Positions 1 to 10,183 of a DNA stretch of 64,000 nt are shown here, piece after piece. Each line of letters begins with the position of its first letter. Within the stretch, counting starts at the first letter, position 1. Below the pieces are notes generated by a model, which was not told the DNA's origin, ran no database searches, and saw nothing but the letters and a program-made list of their open reading frames with translations. The stretch covers positions 1 through 64,000 of the forward strand of contig CAVOKF010000007.1 of the NCBI GenBank assembly GCA_963696385.1, in the 5' to 3' direction. Source of the DNA: an uncultured delta proteobacterium. GTDB lineage: Bacteria > Myxococcota_A > Polyangia > Polyangiales > Polyangiaceae. Made by a program: the position numbers and the translations under genes.

Positions 1-916
1 AAGCAATTGAAGCAGATGTGGCGCATGCGGACTCGCCGGGTGCGCCGTTAGAAACCGCCGACCGAGCATTGCGGCAGTCGTGCGGTCGCCGTGAGCCATG
101 AGTGCATCGATACGCAGCACCGTCGCCTCGTCGGCGAGAGCGGATCCGGGAGAGGCGTGATCGTAGGCATCGAGTTCCTTCAAGGCGCGTACCGCGTCCC
201 GCGTCGCCAAGGACGCCCGCACACGGTCAAGCATCGCCACCTCGGCATCGAGCGACGAAGGCAATCGAATCGGGATTGGCAGGGTCGACGGCGCAGAAGG
301 GGGTGCGGCCACCGGCGCGGGGTTCGGGGCGGGCAAGAACCTCGAGGCCGGGAAATTTGAGGAGCGGCTGGCGCGACGCTAGAGCCGAGAGACCATAGAG
401 AGTGGCCGGCGGGGTGCTCCGGACGGTCGTCGGGTACAAGGGTCCACCGGCGTTGACGCGCGGAGTGGGCGCGGCCGAGGTCAGAGCCGGTGGCGGGGAG
501 ACCGTGAAGGCTGCGGTTTGGGGCGATGCGAGCACCGGCGCCCCGGCGCTGCGGGGCGTGGCGGACTGAGCCTCCGCCGGCGGGGGAACAGTCAGGGCGG
601 TGGGCGCTGAGGGTGGGTGAAAAAACGAGGCACCCGATAGTGCCGCGCCGCCGCCCACAACGACAGCGACCACGACCCACTTCGCGAAGGCCCCCACGCC
701 CGCGCTGGCCAGCAGCGCCGTGCCCCCGGGGGCTACCGGACCACTGGCCACAACGCCCGCGGCCGCCGTCGAAGCGGGCGCCGTGGCCGCACCGACACCG
801 ATTGCCGCGAGCGTGCGCTTGAGCCCATCGTGGCAGCCCACGTCGCGCCGCGCGGACGCGAGCAGGGATCGCTCGAACTCGGTTCCCGAGTCAGCCAGTC
901 GCGGCGGCGGCGTCAT
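1..916 (-). pseudogene. Myxobacterial anti-sigma-like membrane protein, frameshifted, running off the left edge
   Basis: ORF 227..916 gives the N-terminus and a TM segment and is ATGA-coupled to the upstream ECF sigma. The typical C-terminal helical domain (SLDAEVAMLDRVRASL...EATVLRIDAL...RRFLTAHPASPHA) lies in another frame from about 335 to 1. Confidence 0.7.
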
Positions 917-1503
917 CGGCTTACCCTCCGGTCCAGCTGCCCGCGTAGAGGCTCCGAGGCGCTCCGGAACGTCTCTCGCGCCCGCCTCAATCGCGAGGCC
1001 ACCATGCCAACGGGAATATCGAGCATCGACGCGATCTGCGGCGAATCAATGCCCTCGATCTCATAAAGAACGAAGACCGTGCGCAGGTCCATGGGAAGTG
1101 CGTCGAGCAGCTTATCGAGATGTTTGCGGCGCTGCGCTGCCTCGGTCGTTGCGTCCGGGAGCGGCGCCGGGTCAACGATGGCGTCGAGGTCGTTGCCTAC
1201 CATCGCTTCGCGTCGTTGGGCGTAGGTGCGGCGGATCGACATCGCGATCCGCACGGCCGTCTGAAAGAGAAATGCGCGCTCGCTGCCGAGTGCGATACTC
1301 GCAATCTTCTCGGTTGCGAGCACGAACACCTGTTGAGCCGCGTCGTCGACCCCTTGCTCGGCGACGCCCAACCGCCGCAGCGATCGCCAGATGAACTGAT
1401 AGTGTTGCGCCGCCATGTTGGCCTGGCGTGTTGCATTAGAATGCCTGGCTCTCGGCGGATCGGCGCTCAAGGTCGCGAGCAGCCCCGAACGCGCCTCAAT
1501 CAT
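913..1503 (-). CDS. ECF RNA polymerase sigma-70 factor
   Basis: Region 2 (FIWRSLRRLGV...DDAAQQVF) and region 4 (LPMDLRTVFVLYEIEG...IASMLDIPVGMVASRLRRAR). Start placed at ATG 1503. Confidence 0.9.
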   Translation of the reverse strand: MIEARSGLLATLSADPPRARHSNATRQANMAAQHYQFIWRSLRRLGVAEQGVDDAAQQVFVLATEKIASIALGSERAFLFQTAVRIAMSIRRTYAQRREAMVGNDLDAIVDPAPLPDATTEAAQRRKHLDKLLDALPMDLRTVFVLYEIEGIDSPQIASMLDIPVGMVASRLRRARETFRSASEPLRGQLDRRVSR

Positions 1504-1534
1504 GACCGAGTATTCCGCGGGACAGCGCAATCGA

Positions 1535-2586
1535 TCACCAAAAACGCACCCCCACACTGAATTCCCCAAGCGCCGACCAGGCCGCGAGGCGGTACGCGGT
1601 CGTATCCGGGGAGGCGAAATAGAAACGATATCGTGCGAGTGGCACCGATGCACCCACTAAAAGTCCCAGCGTGATCTGGTCGCGAACGACCCAGGTCGGC
1701 CGGAGCCCGAGTCCGAGCCCCAGCAGGGCGCGACTCTCGCTGCGCGCATGGCTCGTGTTCGTCCCCGTCCCGCTGAGCACGGCACCTTCGACGAGGCCGC
1801 AAGCGGGGACGCGCCATGCTGCCGGTGACCACGGGTTCAAGCAAGGCTCAAACCGGAAGTCCGTGAGCGTAATCTCCGCGTTGCCGGTGGCGGTGTGGGC
1901 CGTCTGGGTGTAACCGCGACCCAACGATACCCGCAAGCTGGCGGATGCCAGCGGCGCCGGAAGTCCAGGTCGGCGAAGGCTCGCGGGACGACTGTCGCAT
2001 CCGGGCCAAGCCCCGCGACGGCCTCCAGGGCCGCGCCGAGCGACAGGCGGGCGGCGCCCGAGGACCTCGCGGGAGGAAGGGGCTCTTGCCGAGGAGGCGC
2101 CGCAGGAGCCGGCTCTTGCCGAGGCGGCGCCGTGCACGTAGGGATCGGAGCCGGAACCGGGCAGGGAGCGGGGACTGGTTCGACCACCGCCGCAGCATCG
2201 GTAGCCGTAGGGTCGAGGATGACGGCGGCCACGAGGGCCAAACTCGCCGCCACCGAGTCGCAGTCTGTGCCCTGCACCTCGCGGCGCAGATCCTCCCCGT
2301 CGAGCGGCCCGTCGAGTGGATGGAACGTCAGTTGGCCGAAGACCTGCCCGTCGTCGGCCCGAAGTTCGACTCGCATGGACGGGGCACGTTCGTCCGCTTG
2401 GGGCTCTCGAATGCGCACGCCGCGCGCCTCCAGACGGCCGAGGAAGGCCTCTCGACCCGGGCAATTGGGCGCTGCCTTGACGGTGAGACGGACGGGATTA
2501 CTAGGTCAATCGCCGGACGCCCCGGCCGCCGCGACCGGCGCGTAGACGAGGAGGATTGCGAGCACTGCGATGGGTCGAGCGGACAT
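1535..2586 (-). pseudogene. Secreted/outer-membrane protein of the kind found beside myxobacterial ECF loci, disrupted
   Basis: Signal peptide from ATG 2586 (MSARPIAVLAILLVYAPVAAAG), then an in-frame TGA at 2506-2508, the CDSVAASLALVAAVILDP motif, a frameshift near 1950 and a beta-rich C-terminus ending VGVRFW. Confidence 0.65.
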
Positions 2587-2939
2587 GGTGGCGCAAGAAC
2601 GAATGATTCCGCGGAGGGGCTTGATCGATCACGGATTCGGAACTTCTCCCTCCCTTCGGCCTAAGAGCACCCCATCTGGAGGAACGCTGAACGCGACAAA
2701 TTGGTAGAAGCTCTTGCGATCGCCGCTCAGGTGGAGACGTGACTGTACTTCGTGCGAAAAATTGCGTCTCGTTCCACCGCTTCGAATCTCAACCTACGTC
2801 TCGGGGCCTTGCACGCGAACTTCGCTGCCCGATGCTCCGGCGCCCTCAAGCGCCGAGAAGGGATACGTCCATTGCATTCCAAGAACCCAGCCCACTCGGA
2901 AACGAAGAAAAGAAAACTCTCTGCGCGAAACCTCTTGCC

Positions 2940-3143
<204 letters not shown>

Positions 3144-3191
3144 TCACGTTAGCAGGCGCTACGGCGGCCGCCGGGCCGCCCGCCGAACGGG

Positions 3192-3500
3192 TTATATGTG
3201 ACCGCCGCGGTTTCCGCGGCTCTTCGTTGATCGATACGCTTTCGACCGGCTACTCGCCGACGTCGTCTCGATCGCCGAGCCCGTCGACGCTTGGCTCATC
3301 CGGTCCTTCAGCCCTTGGTAATTCAAACGCGTCGCCCGCGACGTCGCCCACACCCCTTCGCGGCGAGCCACCTCGATCGCCGCGTTCCATAGCTCCTGCG
3401 GCACCCTCGACCGCTTGCCTCCGCATCCGGCTCGCCACCGCTCCATCCGCCCGCGCAGACTTTCTAGAGCGCCCGTTGCCCCGATACTCGTTCGGTTCAT
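3192..3500 (-). mobile_element. IS66 accessory (TnpA-like) gene remnant
   Basis: RMERWRAG...RSRVPQELWNAAIEVARREGVWATSRATRLNYQGLK resembles IS66 orfA HTH proteins. No tnpB/tnpC follows. Confidence 0.55.
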
Positions 3501-4069
3501 CAGGTCTTCCTCCTGACCGCGACGCTGCCCGAGTCACGCGTCGACTTCACGCATTGTTGCCGAATGCCACCGCCGCCCGCCGCGACCTGCCCCTCTCGCA
3601 CGCCCCCCCGCCAGACCCCCCTCGTACTCCCCGCCCCGCAGCCGTGCCGCTAAAGGCGGCCGTGCCTTCCCATAAGTGCCTTCTGCTGCTCGCGGATGGA
3701 TTTGGCCGAAGTGGCCCATGCCGCGGCTCCGCACTTTTGAGCAAGCAACGTGCGTTTGACGACGGAGCTACTCCGCCAAATCGAGCGCAATGGCGAGGAG
3801 GGACGCGTGATGCTGGTGGCCAGCCTGGCGGGCATCACGCCGCTCGGCATGCCGCAGCAGCTTGGGTAGCTCACGCGCCGGGAGCTTCATTCCACGCGTC
3901 CACCGCACGAGCATCAGCTGGTACGGGTCGGCAGTGCTGCAGGGCGAACGGATCTGACTCACGGCTCCTTCTAGATTCCCCATCTCCAGAGAATTACTCA
4001 GCTCCGAGGCCGGGCCACGCCCTCCTTGACCGCACCCCCCGGCAGAGCGCACAGTTTTGCTACGGCGAT

Positions 4070-4876
4070 ATGGAACCCTATGTCATCAAGCAAGGCGACC
4101 ATCTTGCTCTTCTTGCTTACAAGTTCGGTTTCGATGCCGATGCCGTCTGGAACGACCCCGCCAACGACGCCCTTCGCAAGGTTCGGCCCAAACCGAACAT
4201 TTTGCTGCCCGGTGACCAACTGTACATCCCCGACCGGGTCGACAAGAAGCCGGTGACACTCGTCACGGGAGAGCTGAATACCTTCGTCTCTCCCGATCCA
4301 CCGACGGTGACAATAACCCACCAGTTCGTCGGCAACGACGTCTCTGCTTACGCAACGAAGGCGTACTTGGTCCGGGAGATTGAGCAGCTGACCGGGCTCC
4401 AGACCGATGCCGACGGCGTGGTGAAGTTCGAGGCTCCCGTGACGCTCGACACCGCTACTGTCGTCTTCACCGATACGGGCGAGTCGTGGGCGCTGGCTAT
4501 TGGCAATCTGGACCCGATCGATACACCCGTCGGCGTCTTCTAGCGACTCCAAAATCTCGGCCACATCGATAGCACCGCCCAATACGATTTTTGGTGCTTG
4601 GCAAACAACCTCGACGTGATGCGCAGCGGTCTTCGCTCACTCAAGGGAGCCCAACCCGGCAGCAACCAGGCTGCTCCAGAGCCGGCGCCATCCGAGAGCG
4701 GTCCCCCGTCCTCGGTTCCGCCGAGTGGCTCGGGCTCGGCGTCCTCTTCGGGTCCACCGCTCTTGACCCAGGCCGGCAGCCTGGATCCGATGGACAGCGA
4801 CATCTGTGGCCTGGCTGACGATGGCTCCCTCGACGCCGAGACCGCTGGTCTGCTGCTTCAGGTCTACGGTCACTGA
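4070..4876 (+). pseudogene. LysM-like/peptidoglycan-binding protein with an internal amber stop
   Basis: MEPYVIKQGDHLALLAYKFGFDADAVWNDPAN...NILLPGDQLYIP, then GNLDPIDTPVGVF*RLQNLG with TAG at 4541-4543 where Gln (CAG) is expected. The frame stays open to 4876. Confidence 0.75.
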
Positions 4877-4960
4877 TGTTGAAAACCGATCCTTTGTGCG
4901 AAGCGATGCCTCACGGCTGAACCGATGAGCACCTGCTGAGTAGAGCGCGTGAGTACAGCA

Positions 4961-5620
4961 ATGGCTGGACCTAACGATCCCCGCAAGGCAGGCGCGTCCC
5001 CTGCTCCGGCCCCATCCGGTTCGGGCTCCTCCGTTCCTGCCGGTACCCCTGCTCCCACGATCGTACCGGTTGCGCCTGGCGAGAACGGTCATAGCGTGGC
5101 TCTGGCCGGTCCTGGCATCATCTACGCCAACCTGCGGGCACGGCCTGTCGACGGCGTTCCCCTCGCTTACCACCTTTATATCGAGTACGTAAACACGAGC
5201 ACGAACGAGCGGCTCATCTTCGAGGCGATGCCCGACTACACGAAGGGAGTCTTCGTGGACGGACGCGAACAGCTTTACGGGTACCTGCACGGTATGGCCC
5301 CACGTCCCTGGGGGGTGCCTCGGGCAGATCCCGAAGCGACTGAATCCTTGCCGAGCGCACATGAAGCCGAGGACAATGCCTACTCGCGCATGACCGGCGT
5401 GAATGGCCGCACGAAGTATCTCCTGGAATTTTGGCGGCGAATCTACAACACGCGCCATATTGTGTACGACGCGACCGGCAACAATAGCAACGTCTGGGCG
5501 GTCACCGTGGCGACGGGGAGCGGCCTCGAATGGCCGGATGGATTGCCCGTTTGGCGCGGCGAGTTGCCGGGGATTCCTTGGGCGCATACTTTCCGTGCAA
5601 ATGACGAGGGTATGTTGTAG
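4961..5620 (+). CDS. Hypothetical protein, candidate permuted papain-like toxin/effector
   Basis: Low-complexity N-terminus followed by YHLYIEY and YDATGNNSNVW motifs. Confidence 0.55.
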   Translation: MAGPNDPRKAGASPAPAPSGSGSSVPAGTPAPTIVPVAPGENGHSVALAGPGIIYANLRARPVDGVPLAYHLYIEYVNTSTNERLIFEAMPDYTKGVFVDGREQLYGYLHGMAPRPWGVPRADPEATESLPSAHEAEDNAYSRMTGVNGRTKYLLEFWRRIYNTRHIVYDATGNNSNVWAVTVATGSGLEWPDGLPVWRGELPGIPWAHTFRANDEGML

Positions 5621-5695
5621 TGAGGGCGGATCTCCTCGGCGGCGCCGCCGGCCGCGAGGCGACGTCGTGGATTCGCATGCCGGGAGCTTTTTGAT

Positions 5696-6004
5696 ATGGT
5701 CACCGACATCTTTTGGGTGCGTATTTTGAAAGGTCGTTTCGCTTTATTTGTCGCAGTGGTGGCGTGCCTCGTCGCTTTCATTGGGATTCGTTGCGCTGTT
5801 CGCATTCAGATCGACAGAGCGTTGTATCGGACGTATCCAATGCGCGACCCTGTCGAGCAAGCCGCTCGCGCGCACTTCACTCAAGCGAAGGAAATCAGGG
5901 AGGCGGAGGCGTCGCTCGGATTGCTGGCGGCTGTCGTCGCCATTCCTGTTGGCGTCCTGCTTGCGCGGCGCGAGTTGCGACGGTCTCGGAATGACGCGCC
6001 CTGA
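5696..6004 (+). CDS. Small two-TM membrane protein, candidate immunity protein
   Basis: Two hydrophobic segments (FALFVAVVACLVAFIGI; LGLLAAVVAIPVGVLLA), directly downstream of the candidate toxin. Confidence 0.5.
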   Translation: MVTDIFWVRILKGRFALFVAVVACLVAFIGIRCAVRIQIDRALYRTYPMRDPVEQAARAHFTQAKEIREAEASLGLLAAVVAIPVGVLLARRELRRSRNDAP

Positions 6005-6648
6005 ATGACCGAAAGCCCTCACCGAGGATGCGCGGGACACATGGTGTTTCGCGAGTTCGCTTTCGATGAGGCTGTTCGACCTGTCGTCGTGCGTCATTCC
6101 CGACACGGCGACGCCCCCTACGAGCGTCATTCCGATCATTCGGTAACCCGCCACTTGCGACGGATGAAATCGCGCCCAGGTATCTCGCGTGTGGGCGAGT
6201 AGTAAGCCCAAAGTGCGTCGGTCGACGAAGAGCCCGGGGAGGCGGGCGCGGAAACATATCGCGTCTTAGGGGCGTTCGTTATCGCTGAATCGGCGAACCG
6301 ATTTGAGAGGACTACAGGTCACTGATCCAGCCGGCCGCCGCAGCACGCCGTCACCGCCCCCGGAGAGGACGTCCCGATGCATACCGCAGATATCTACATA
6401 TGCCAGCAGTGTGCGCTACCGATCCGCAATGCAGCCTCATAGGTAGGATCTTTATTTCTCGAGTGATCTCGATCACTTACGTGCATAGTGCACGAATTGG
6501 ATAGTCAAAGGCATCGGGGATTCTCTAGACGCTGTTGTGAGACAACGCGAAAGGAGACCCCCGATGCACGGATTAAACGTATCCCATCCCCGACTGACGT
6601 GGTTTCGAGCCCGGCCAGGGTCGTGTACGCGCGATACCGGAGGTCGCG

Positions 6649-6972
6649 ATGGACCGACGGCTGCGAAGTGGCGGGCAACAGTGGACGGAGCGGGAGGCGC
6701 GGGACGCTTTGGCGGAGCTGCAGGACCGCGGCGAGAGCGTGGCGGCCTTCGCGCAGCGACGGGGGATGTCCGTGCAGCGGGTTTACTACTGGCGAAGGCG
6801 CCTGAGGGAGACGGCTGCGCCGGCGTTCGTGGCGATGCCGCTGACGGCGGTGGCGAGCGATCAGATCGAGATCTGCTCGGAGGGCATCACAGTGCGCGTT
6901 CGCGAGGGCATTGCGGCCGAGCATCTGGCCAACGTCGTAGAGGCGCTGACGCAGCGTGGGCGCCGATGCTGA
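6649..6972 (+). CDS. tnpA: IS66 accessory protein TnpA
   Basis: [44 protein letters not shown]; overlaps tnpB. Confidence 0.85.
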   Translation: MDRRLRSGGQQWTEREARDALAELQDRGESVAAFAQRRGMSVQRVYYWRRRLRETAAPAFVAMPLTAVASDQIEICSEGITVRVREGIAAEHLANVVEALTQRGRRC

Positions 6973-7328
6973 CGCTGCCTCCCGGTGTCCGGGTGTTCGT
7001 GGCGACCGCGCGAGTCGATGGTCGCAAGGGCATTGACGGTTTATCCACGCTGGTGCGATCGCAATTCGCCGAGGATCCGCTGTCGGGTTCGATGTACGTG
7101 TTTTTCTCGCGGCGCGCCGATCGTGTTCGAGTTCTCTATTTTGACCGCGACGGATACGTGCTGATCACAAAGCGATTGGAGCGCGGCACATTTCGCCTTC
7201 CCTGGCCCGCGGAGCGGGGACGCATCGTCCTGGAGGCCGCCGAGCTGCTGCTCGTGCTCGAGGGAATCGAGTTGCGGGGCGCGCGACGTCGACCGCGGTG
7301 GTCACCCCCATCGCGTGCCGCGTTGTAA
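6966..7328 (+). CDS. tnpB: IS66 accessory protein TnpB (Orf2)
   Basis: [11 protein letters not shown]...[33 protein letters not shown]. Confidence 0.92.
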   Translation: MLTLPPGVRVFVATARVDGRKGIDGLSTLVRSQFAEDPLSGSMYVFFSRRADRVRVLYFDRDGYVLITKRLERGTFRLPWPAERGRIVLEAAELLLVLEGIELRGARRRPRWSPPSRAAL

Positions 7329-7426
7329 CGGACACAGCGCAGGACCCGCTCGACGGCTTGCGTGTGCGGGTGCGGCGCACTTTGCGAGATCGATCGACAA
7401 GCCACAATCGAATTGCCTTTCCATAA

Positions 7427-9058
7427 TTGCGCGACTGCGGCAAAGCAGATCTCGTGTCCACGCCGCGAGAGCCGCCGGTGACCAACGTGATCGATCCCGA
7501 CCTCGACATGGTTCGCCGCTTCATCCTGGACATGCTGTCGCGTGGCGCCATCGCGGAGCTGATCGCCGCAATCCTCGGTCTGCTGACGCGCATGCGCGAC
7601 CTCAACACGGAGCTGATGAGGAAGCTGTCGAGTCAGTCGCGCAAGCGTCCACCGAATGAGACGATGCGGCGGCTGCAGCTCGAGCTGCCGCTGCTGTGGA
7701 CGCCAGCGGCCAACGACGGTGCGAAGCCGGCGGGCCCACCGGCGGGCGACAAGCCCAAGAGCAAGCGGGGGCCCAAGAAGCGTCACGCGCATGGGCGACC
7801 GCAACTGCCTGCACATCTGCCGCGAGTCCCGCAGAAACACGAAGTGCCGGAGGCTCAGCGCATCTGTCCGCACTGCGGCGTGGAGCTCAAGTCCTTGGGC
7901 TTCAAGACCACCGCCGAGAAGCTCGATATCCGGCCCGCCGAATACATCGCCGTGCAGACCCAAGTCGAGACCTGCGCGTGCCCCAAATGCCGACATCATA
8001 TTTGCACCGCACCCAAGCCCGACGAGGTGGTCGACCGCGGCATTGTCGGCAACGAGTTGCTCGTGCAGGCGATGGTCGACCATTACGAAGACGCGGTTCC
8101 GTTCGAGCGCATGGAGCGCCATGCCAGGCAGCAGGGGGTTCCTCTCGCCGCCAACACGCTCGCGTCGAGCGTCGGACGCCTCATCGACCTGTTCGATCCG
8201 GTCGTCCAACACATCCGTGCGGCGTGCCTGACATCGGCCTATACGGCGCTGGACGCGACGCGCATGCCGGTGCTCGACTCGCTGCACCCGCTCGGGATCA
8301 AGAGCGGCGCGTTGTGGCTGATCGAAGGCGACCATCGCTATGCGTGCTTCGTGTATGCGCCGACGGGCCACGACGATTACATCGAGGACCTGTTGTTCGG
8401 GCACACGCTTGGCAGCGTGATGTGCGACGGCTCGCCCACTAACAATTGCGTTGAGCGCGCGGGCGGACGGCGAGGCGGCTGCAACGCGCACGGCCGCCGC
8501 AGGCTCGTGGCCGCCCTGCGTGCAGGCGATACGCGCGCCGCCGATGGCCTGAAGCTCTACGGCATGCTCTTTCACATCGAGGCGGAGTCCAAGCGCATCG
8601 GTGAGAGTATCGAGCAGCGCTTCGCCCGCCGGTGCAACGACAGCGTGCCGCTAGTCGGCGCGCTTCGCGCGTGGATCGATGAGCTTCGCCCGCAGGTCGA
8701 GCCCAAGAGCCAGCTGGGCCAGGCACTCGGTTATTTGCACAGGCAGTGGGAGCGTCTGACCGCCTTTTTGCGCGACCCGCTCATGGAGATGACCAATAAC
8801 GAGGTCGAGGGGGACCTGCGCACCTGGATCCTCAATCGAAAAACGTGGCTATTCGTGGGCCACGACGAAAGCGCGGGCCGCGCCGCCGCCGCCCTCACTC
8901 TGATCGTCACCTGCAAGAAGCTCGGCATCCAGCCGCGCCGCTACCTGCGCGAAACCCTCGCGAAGATCCTCGGCGGCGAAAAGGATCTCACCGCACTCTT
9001 GCCCGAGACGTATGCCGCCTTGCAGGCCGAGCGTGCCGCTCCGGCCGCTGCGGCGTAG
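7427..9058 (+). CDS. tnpC: IS66 DDE transposase TnpC
   Basis: HGRPQLPAHLPR, CPHCG/CPKC zinc finger, LDAT, CDG, CNAHGRR, MTNNEVE and LLP C-terminus. The true start may be 7478. Confidence 0.93.
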   Translation: MRDCGKADLVSTPREPPVTNVIDPDLDMVRRFILDMLSRGAIAELIAAILGLLTRMRDLNTELMRKLSSQSRKRPPNETMRRLQLELPLLWTPAANDGAKPAGPPAGDKPKSKRGPKKRHAHGRPQLPAHLPRVPQKHEVPEAQRICPHCGVELKSLGFKTTAEKLDIRPAEYIAVQTQVETCACPKCRHHICTAPKPDEVVDRGIVGNELLVQAMVDHYEDAVPFERMERHARQQGVPLAANTLASSVGRLIDLFDPVVQHIRAACLTSAYTALDATRMPVLDSLHPLGIKSGALWLIEGDHRYACFVYAPTGHDDYIEDLLFGHTLGSVMCDGSPTNNCVERAGGRRGGCNAHGRRRLVAALRAGDTRAADGLKLYGMLFHIEAESKRIGESIEQRFARRCNDSVPLVGALRAWIDELRPQVEPKSQLGQALGYLHRQWERLTAFLRDPLMEMTNNEVEGDLRTWILNRKTWLFVGHDESAGRAAAALTLIVTCKKLGIQPRRYLRETLAKILGGEKDLTALLPETYAALQAERAAPAAAA

Positions 9059-9122
9059 TCCGACGCTCGCGGCTTCTCGCTCGGACTTGACGCTCACGGC
9101 CGACCCATTCACCGTCGCCGGG

Positions 9123-9988
9123 ATGACGACCGACTCGACGGCCCGAGTGCTCGACGCCGGCGGCCCATTGTTCCTGCACGAGCGCCCGCCCTACGAGCCG
9201 ATGCCGGCTTGCGGCCGGGGCGTGTGCGTTGAAATGGCCGCCGACGTGGCTACGGCCGGCGATTCGATCCTCGTATCGCTCCGTCCTATGGAGCGGCACG
9301 ACGGGGGACCGGCCGTGGTGGATCTCCAACGCGTTCACGCGGCCGTGTCGCTCACGACCGGTCAGTGCGCCCCACGCGACGCGACCGCCGAGCGCTACCT
9401 CGCCGAGCATCCGTGGATCGTCGCCGCCCTGGCATCTCAGCTCGACCTGTTTCGGCGACGCCGCTGCACTGGGCCGCACAACGCGATCGCAGCTCGTACC
9501 GAGCCGCGCTCAACCGCGTTCAACCCGGTGCGATGATCCAGCACGACCGGCTGTTTCCCCACGATTGGGATCTGATTGTCGGGCATCACGGACGCATGTA
9601 TTGGGCAACCGATCAGCACTGCCCCAACGCGGCGTGCTCCTGCCGTGAGATCGTCGTTCAGCTCCACGACCTCAACGCCGCCTCTACCCGACCGGTGGGC
9701 CAGCTACGGATCGACCTGCAATCCGGCAAGCCTCATTCGAAGGCATCGTCGCCGTTGGCCGCGCAATTGTTCGATCCCCTCTGGGCTCAATACAGTGTTG
9801 AGCTGACCCGGCGTCACGACGAAGTCCGGCGGGTCGTTGTCGCGCATGCGGCTTCCCGCGGTGAAACTCGAGCGACCACCCCGGGCCGCAACGCGCCCTG
9901 CCCATGCGGCTCAGGCAACAAGTTCAAACGGTGTTGCGCGCTCGACGAACGCGCCGGCAGCCACCACTCTCCCAGCACCCAACGCTAG
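9123..9988 (+). pseudogene. IS-borne SEC-C motif protein, frameshifted near 9460
   Basis: Two overlapping ORFs (9012..9536 and 9365..9988). The second has DQHCPNAACSC and GRNAPCPCGSGNKFKRCC. Confidence 0.7.
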
Positions 9989-10183
9989 CCGGCGCCTGCC
10001 AGAAAATTCGCACCCCTTCAAGCACGGCAACCGCCGAGGGGATACGATTTACGCGTCCGTCTACATTCAGGCGATCCCTGCGCCCGAGGTCGGCGATGGC
10101 GATGTTTTGCGGGCCGTTGGTTCGCGGTCGTTCGTTCGCTTCCAACCGAAGCTCGTACTTGCCGAAGGTGAGATTTAGTGGAG

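Larger units (their letters stand above)
6579..10045 (+). mobile_element. IS66-family element with a passenger gene
   Basis: Imperfect terminal inverted repeats GTATCCCATCCCCGACTGACGTGGTT (from 6579) and GTATCCCCTCGGCGGTTGCCGTGCTT (reverse strand from 10045), about 19/26 identical, enclosing tnpA-tnpB-tnpC. The flanks GATTAAAC/GATTTACG match only partly. Confidence 0.85.

Noticed and set aside
2506..2508. In-frame TGA as selenocysteine, or TAG 4541-4543 as pyrrolysine/readthrough
   Set aside because: Neither is at a catalytic position. The first gene also has a frameshift and the second is a simple CAG-to-TAG change, so pseudogenisation is more parsimonious.
7136..8575. 479-aa minus-strand ORF (and similar long ORFs at 27509..29134, 40500..42492, 56797..58392)
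   Set aside because: Opposite-strand or alternate-frame shadows of well-supported genes.
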